Source: Candidatus Dadabacteria bacterium
Lineage (GTDB): Bacteria; Desulfobacterota_D; UBA1144; Nemesobacterales; CSP1-2
Reading direction: 5' to 3'
NCBI GenBank assembly: GCA_963805855.1
Contig: CAWDVW010000002.1
Location: 608,001-672,000 of the forward strand
DNA length: 64,000 nucleotides
The stretch's first letter is position 1, and each line of letters starts with the position of its first letter. Below are positions 59,293 to 64,000 of the stretch, in pieces. Both the position numbers and the translations under genes were made by a program. Under the pieces are notes generated by a model. That model was not told the DNA's origin and ran no database searches. It worked only from the letters and a program-made list of their open reading frames with translations.

Positions 59293-60003
59293 CTACTTCC
59301 CATCATCCCTGATATCATTCCTGAGGTTCCAACATTCCCTGAACATCCTCAGTATAACCCCGAGATTAGCACCAGTCTGCTTACCAAATAAGCGAGGATA
59401 GTGACTCACAGGGATCTCCTTAATTCTGATATCATTCCTTATGAGCTTGATCAGAAGCTCGGCGCTAAACAGTGCGCCACCTGATTTTATGGGCCTTATT
59501 TTCTCATATGCGGCCCTTGGGAAGATCTTAAATGCGCAGTCAATATCTTTCGCACTCAGACCAAAAATAATCCGAATATAAGCATGGTAAAGCCAGGCAT
59601 TAAGGGTTCTTACAAAAGAGTCGGCCCTTTTCTCTCGATACCCTATGACCGCTACGGAATCCTCTAAGGAAGGCAGAAAATGGTCTAGTTCTCTGATGTC
59701 GAACTGGCCGTCGCTGTCCATCAAGAATATGTAATCAAAAGAAGCCCTGTCAAATCCACTACGAAGAGCCGAGCCATACCCCTGATTCTCTGGATGATTT
59801 ACGAGAATAATTCTCGGATTGGAAGAAGAAAGGCCTCGTACGATATCTCCTGTTCTGTCAGAAGATCCATCATTTACCACTATGATCTCATATTTTATAA
59901 ATTTATGTTGTAGGTAAGAAATAGACTCAGTAACCGTTTTCTCAATATTCCCCTCTTCATTATAGGCAGGGAGAATTACTGAAAGGGAAGAGATTGTTTT
60001 CAT
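59293..60003 (-). CDS. GT2 glycosyltransferase (DPM/DPG-synthase-like, no TM)
   Basis: PAYNEE.NI, VNDGS.D.T, N.GYG.AL, MDSDGQFD, DIDCAFK, V.H.PR..G. Confidence 0.9.
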   Translation of the reverse strand: MKTISSLSVILPAYNEEGNIEKTVTESISYLQHKFIKYEIIVVNDGSSDRTGDIVRGLSSSNPRIILVNHPENQGYGSALRSGFDRASFDYIFLMDSDGQFDIRELDHFLPSLEDSVAVIGYREKRADSFVRTLNAWLYHAYIRIIFGLSAKDIDCAFKIFPRAAYEKIRPIKSGGALFSAELLIKLIRNDIRIKEIPVSHYPRLFGKQTGANLGVILRMFRECWNLRNDIRDDGK

Positions 60004-60073
60004 TGAATATTGTCATTATTGTCCATAATCATAAATGCTAAAATGAATGAATTCTATCGATTCATTGAAGGTC

Positions 60074-61595
60074 CTAAACATTAATTTCTTCTAAATCACA
60101 CCCCTCTTCTGAAAGCTTAAGCACCTTTCCACCATCAACGTTAACACCATTAAAAGAGCATTGCTTCCCGCTGGTCCACTTTACTAAGATATCGACTCTC
60201 TTTTCTTTTCCCAACCCGAAATGCAGAGGGAGCATGTCCTGTTCACAACATCCCCTTCCACCCGATACCTCCCTGATCTGAATACCACTTGATGTGCGAA
60301 GCTCAACCCTTGTTCCTATAGCAGAGGTATTTGTAAGTGACCCGTCTCCTCTGAGTTTTAGTATGAGATAATTTGCATTGTTCCCACTGCTTTTCATAAG
60401 CGCCGTACCAATATGACCAGTCAAAAATACATCCATGGATCCGTCATTATTAAAATCTCCCCAAGTAGCAGCGAATGCATCAATTGGAGAGTCTACTCCC
60501 ACCTGCGGAGCAACATCTTCAAATTTTCCTTTCCCTAAATTTCTATATAACTTAGAGGGGTTGAGATGGTTAGTTGTGAAGATATCTATTCTGCCATCTG
60601 CATCGAAGTCGACCCAGGAGCAAGTTCTGCCATCTCCGATATCTTGAGTCCCGGTTTCAGTTGTTACATCGGTGAACGTGCCGTCGCCGTTATTCCTGTA
60701 TAAGGCTTTTCGAGGGGAATTTATATTACTAAGATATAAATCTAAAAAACCATCATTGTCATAGTCGCCCACGCACGCCGCATTGGAACGCCAGCCAGGA
60801 TCACCTCCTAGCCCTGACGAATCCGTAATATCCGAAAAGGTTCCATCCCCGTCATTCTTATACAATGTATTCAATCCGTCATTTGCGAGGAACAGATCCT
60901 GAAAACCATCGTTATTAAAATCAAACCATACGGCGGACCTGGTAAAAAAGGAGTTTCCGAGGCCAGCTTCATCTGAGACCTCAGCGAACGTACCATCACC
61001 CTGATTCTTATAAAGGAAAGACCCTTTGGGCTTGGCCTGAAATATGTCCAGAAAACCATCTCCTGTCATAATCGATCCACATGGCGTGAGAAACTCCACC
61101 TTGCTTGGTAACGCCAGCCTTTGTTGACTCGTCAACAAATGCACCGCCTCCTAGATTCTTATAAAGTATGGGAGGGGCATTACCCATAGCCGTTCCCACT
61201 ATTAAATCTAATCGATTATCGTTATTGTAATCACCCCAAGCCACAGTTAGTGCGGCTTGATTCACAATTTCTGACCCCTCCGTGATGTCAGTAAAAGTCA
61301 ACCCGTCATTTCTATAGAGAAAAACATTTTTTGCATCTTTGCTTCTTAACTCCGCGTTTGCAACTATCAAATCCAACAGGTCATCATTGTTAACATCGGC
61401 CCAAGCGCCTGACTGCCCAAACACGGCACTACTTTTTATACCGACTCGGTTCGTGACATCCGAAAATAACGGTAATGAAGTAACTCCATCTGATCCCGAG
61501 GAGCCATCATTGCTGGATTCATTCGTACAGGATGAAAAAAGAAAAATTATACATACAAGTGCTGTGCAGAAAAAGTATGATCTCGAATGAAACAA
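60074..61595 (-). CDS. CRTAC1-like FG-GAP / ASPIC-UnbV lipoprotein, split by a frameshift near 61064
   Basis: SSC lipobox; repeated W.D.NNDG..D and LY.N.G.GTF.D motifs across ORFs 61008-61595 and 60074-61144; C-terminal AIG.RV..., LHFGLG; removing one base restores WIDYDGDGFLDIF. Confidence 0.85.
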
Positions 61596-61602
61596 AGGGA
61601 AT

Positions 61603-63249
61603 TCAACCTTTCCTCAGTTTTTCTACGAATAAATCCGCTGCTCTCAAACTCAGCGATTCTATTGTAAGTGAGGGCCCTTCGCCTCCACCAGAAGTGGGGA
61701 AAACGCTCGCATCAGTAATAAGAAGATTTTGAACCTCATGACTCCTGAGATCAGGGCCTACAACAGATTTCTCTGGATCATTTCCCATTCTAGCAGTCCC
61801 AAACACATGTGTTGCAGAAAAAAAATCGTACGTGGAAAATTCTTCTACGATTTCCCCAGCGCCAGAATCCTTTAGGATTTCTTTTGAGGTTTTGGAAATA
61901 AATTCGAGAGTCTTTAGCTCAGGCTCTCCCAAAAATGATTGAATCTTAGCCACAGGCACCCCATAACGATCTTTTTCGTTTTCGCTAACCTTCACAAATG
62001 TATCTTTATTAGGAAAAAATTCACCAATTCCACCTACAGCGATGGCATGGCCAAACCATTTTTGCACTTCCTTGATAAAATCATCTCCCCATCCGCTCAT
62101 GTAACGTGTCGCATAGTCTACAGGCCCCACAGCAGAACCTGCGGTGGGGAATAGCCTCAATCCCCCAGGAAATCCTCGTTTCGGGTCCGGCTCATTCCAA
62201 TCCCAGATAACGCTATCAATGGGTATGCCCCTATAAGAGTCGAGCCTTTTAGGATATAATGCCGCAGCCAGGTAATATAATGTTTCCATGAAGTTCTTCC
62301 CAACTTGCCCATTCTGGTTGATTTCGGAGTTTAGCAGAAGCCGTGGCGTTTCTACCGCCCCACACGCAACAGCTATATAATCCGCTTGAATGAATTGCTC
62401 GTTACCCTCTTTGTCGAAGTAAAAGACCCCTTTCGCTTTTCTTAAGCCACCCTTATTTTCAACTTCAATTCTGCTTGCAAAAGCGCTCGTAAGAATATCG
62501 CAGTTCCCGGTTTCTTCAATTAACGGGATGAACGTGACGTCTACACTACCCTTGTCCTTTCTGGGACAACCCCACGAGCATCCATTACAATAATTGCAGG
62601 GAGGTGCATCCCGATATGGACGGGACAGTATAGCAACCGAATTTGGGGTGAGTTTAAAGCCCAGTTTCTTGCACGATTTCTCAATGATTTGACTTGCGAA
62701 ACTAAGCTTATGGGGTGGCAGGGGGTAGGGATTTTTCCTTGGCCGGTACGGAATGTCGTTAGGACCAGCAACACCCACGATTTTTTCAACCTCCGAGTAA
62801 TAAGGCTCCAAATCATTGTAGTCAATGGGCCAATCCTCTCCCACACCAAACAGGGTTTTCATGCGAAAAGCGCTAGAATTCAATCGCTGGGATTCTCCCT
62901 GAAAATGAAGGGTCGATCCACCCACGCCAACAACATGACTGTACTGATAATACTGTCTGAATTTGGACAGGTTTAGTGCACCTGATGCTTTGTTCCATGA
63001 TCTAAGATTCTCATATTTTTTGTCAAGGGGTTGCTTCTCACCAAAAGAATCTTCCATCCTGTCACGAATGGGGAATCCTACTATTTCCCAATCATCCTTG
63101 TCTAATGGATAATCCTTATAAGGGTCATACCTGGTTCCAGCCTCCAAAATTGCTACACTGAGCCCACTCTTTGCAAGTTTCCATGCGAAAGGGGCACCTC
63201 CCGGACCAGATCCAATTACGATGCAGTCATATTTCTTATCTTGTTTCAT
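61603..63249 (-). CDS. GMC-family oxidoreductase
   Basis: IGSGPGG, VGGST.H, DWP..Y..LEPYY, CNYCNGC..GC, E.PRLLL.S, H..GT.RMG, D.SVFPT. Confidence 0.93.
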   Translation of the reverse strand: MKQDKKYDCIVIGSGPGGAPFAWKLAKSGLSVAILEAGTRYDPYKDYPLDKDDWEIVGFPIRDRMEDSFGEKQPLDKKYENLRSWNKASGALNLSKFRQYYQYSHVVGVGGSTLHFQGESQRLNSSAFRMKTLFGVGEDWPIDYNDLEPYYSEVEKIVGVAGPNDIPYRPRKNPYPLPPHKLSFASQIIEKSCKKLGFKLTPNSVAILSRPYRDAPPCNYCNGCSWGCPRKDKGSVDVTFIPLIEETGNCDILTSAFASRIEVENKGGLRKAKGVFYFDKEGNEQFIQADYIAVACGAVETPRLLLNSEINQNGQVGKNFMETLYYLAAALYPKRLDSYRGIPIDSVIWDWNEPDPKRGFPGGLRLFPTAGSAVGPVDYATRYMSGWGDDFIKEVQKWFGHAIAVGGIGEFFPNKDTFVKVSENEKDRYGVPVAKIQSFLGEPELKTLEFISKTSKEILKDSGAGEIVEEFSTYDFFSATHVFGTARMGNDPEKSVVGPDLRSHEVQNLLITDASVFPTSGGGEGPSLTIESLSLRAADLFVEKLRKG

Positions 63250-63269
63250 CGAGATAAATTAAGCCTGTT

Positions 63270-63298
63270 AATATAAACAATGTATTGAGTTGTGTCAA
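63270..63298 (-). promoter_or_regulatory. Putative sigma70 promoter for GMC-CRTAC1
   Basis: TTGACA-N17-TATATT on the minus strand. Confidence 0.55.
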
Positions 63299-63355
63299 TT
63301 TAGCTGTTATCTTATTGCCCTAGCACAATAATCAAATAATCGGAGGAATATCTAC

Positions 63356-64000
63356 ATGAGCATATTAGCTATTTTACTGGCACTATTAACCTTAATTCCT
63401 TTTAATCTTGGATGCGAAAAACAAAAAGAGGAAAAGGTCACCCCTTCGCCATCTCCAGTTACACAAACCCCTACATCAAAAGAATCTGTAGCCAAGGAAA
63501 AGCAAATAATCGCAAGAATTAACGGAACACCCATTTATAAAGAAGACTTAAGAGGAAGACGGCTAAATGACGCTATAATGAACGAAATCTTTTACCAGGA
63601 GGGATTGAGAAAGGGAGTAGATAAAAGTGTCGAAGATAAGGTAGAGCAGTACAAGAGGGAATTAGTGACAGGAATTGTAAGACAGGAATATTTAGAAACG
63701 CTTCCTGACCTAAAAAAGGTAAGTGATGAAGAAATAGAAAGTTACTACAAGGATAGACTACAAGAATATGAGTACGTTCGCATTCAGGAGGTTACCGTTA
63801 CAGATAAGAAAGTTGCCGAAGATATAATGAAGAGAGCAAAAATGGGCGAAGATTTAGCAAAAATAGCGCAAGAATTGTCAGTACCGATCAAAACAACCGG
63901 CATTAGATCCAATCAGTTAGCGAAAAAAAATATTTTTAGTACAACTGAAGTCGGGTCTTTGAGCGATATTGTAAAAGATGGCGGCGCCTATAAGATTTTT
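63356..64000 (+). CDS. PrsA/SurA-like peptidyl-prolyl isomerase lipoprotein (partial, runs off the window end)
   Basis: Hand-translated: GGAGG RBS; MSILAILL...NLGC lipobox; IARINGTPIYKEDL; VSDEEIESYY; VRIQEVTV.DKK.AE.I......GEDLAKIA.ELS. Confidence 0.78.
   Translation, partial: MSILAILLALLTLIPFNLGCEKQKEEKVTPSPSPVTQTPTSKESVAKEKQIIARINGTPIYKEDLRGRRLNDAIMNEIFYQEGLRKGVDKSVEDKVEQYKRELVTGIVRQEYLETLPDLKKVSDEEIESYYKDRLQEYEYVRIQEVTVTDKKVAEDIMKRAKMGEDLAKIAQELSVPIKTTGIRSNQLAKKNIFSTTEVGSLSDIVKDGGAYKIF

Noticed and set aside
1-64000. Selenocysteine or pyrrolysine recoding
   Set aside because: Redox motifs (CPLC, CPFC) use ordinary Cys codons; no in-frame TGA at catalytic positions and no sel/pyl genes seen

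Overview
A 64-kb bacterial chromosomal window, mostly housekeeping and metabolic genes. The gene order (pheT-ihfA; ispE-tRNA-Gln; tRNA-Ile2-zinc ribbon-rnhA-rnpB) and protein style suggest a Deltaproteobacteria-related lineage such as Ca. Dadabacteria; this is an inference only. Core genes: acyl-CoA dehydrogenase, ROK kinase, tilS, pheT, lemA/DUF2207, tsaC, glcD-glcE-DUF3891-glcF, ispE, dsbA-like, pcrA, a CoA-transferase-like pair, metX/metY, birA (frameshifted), tyrS and nadE, plus two tRNAs and RNase P RNA. About 48.4-60 kb is a polyprenol-phosphate-sugar / GT-C / PMT glycosylation cluster flanked by a CPBP protease and containing decayed gene relics. Two observations stand out. (1) An AT-rich three-gene operon beside tRNA-Gln encodes a BrnT-type toxin, a CopG-type antitoxin with an unusual ~90-aa C-terminal extension, and an unknown 230-aa protein; this resembles toxin-antitoxin-chaperone defence architecture but has no SecB. 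(2) The intergenic DNA is full of REP-like palindromes. Comparing empty and filled copies shows three insertions of exactly 23 bp into hairpins, one nested inside another (0/23/46-bp series). Also noted: a CoA-transferase pair lacking the canonical catalytic Glu, an unannotated 56-aa secreted/lipo-peptide gene, and three apparent +1 frameshifts. No CRISPR array, integrase or transposase was seen. Family assignments come from motif recognition, not database searches.
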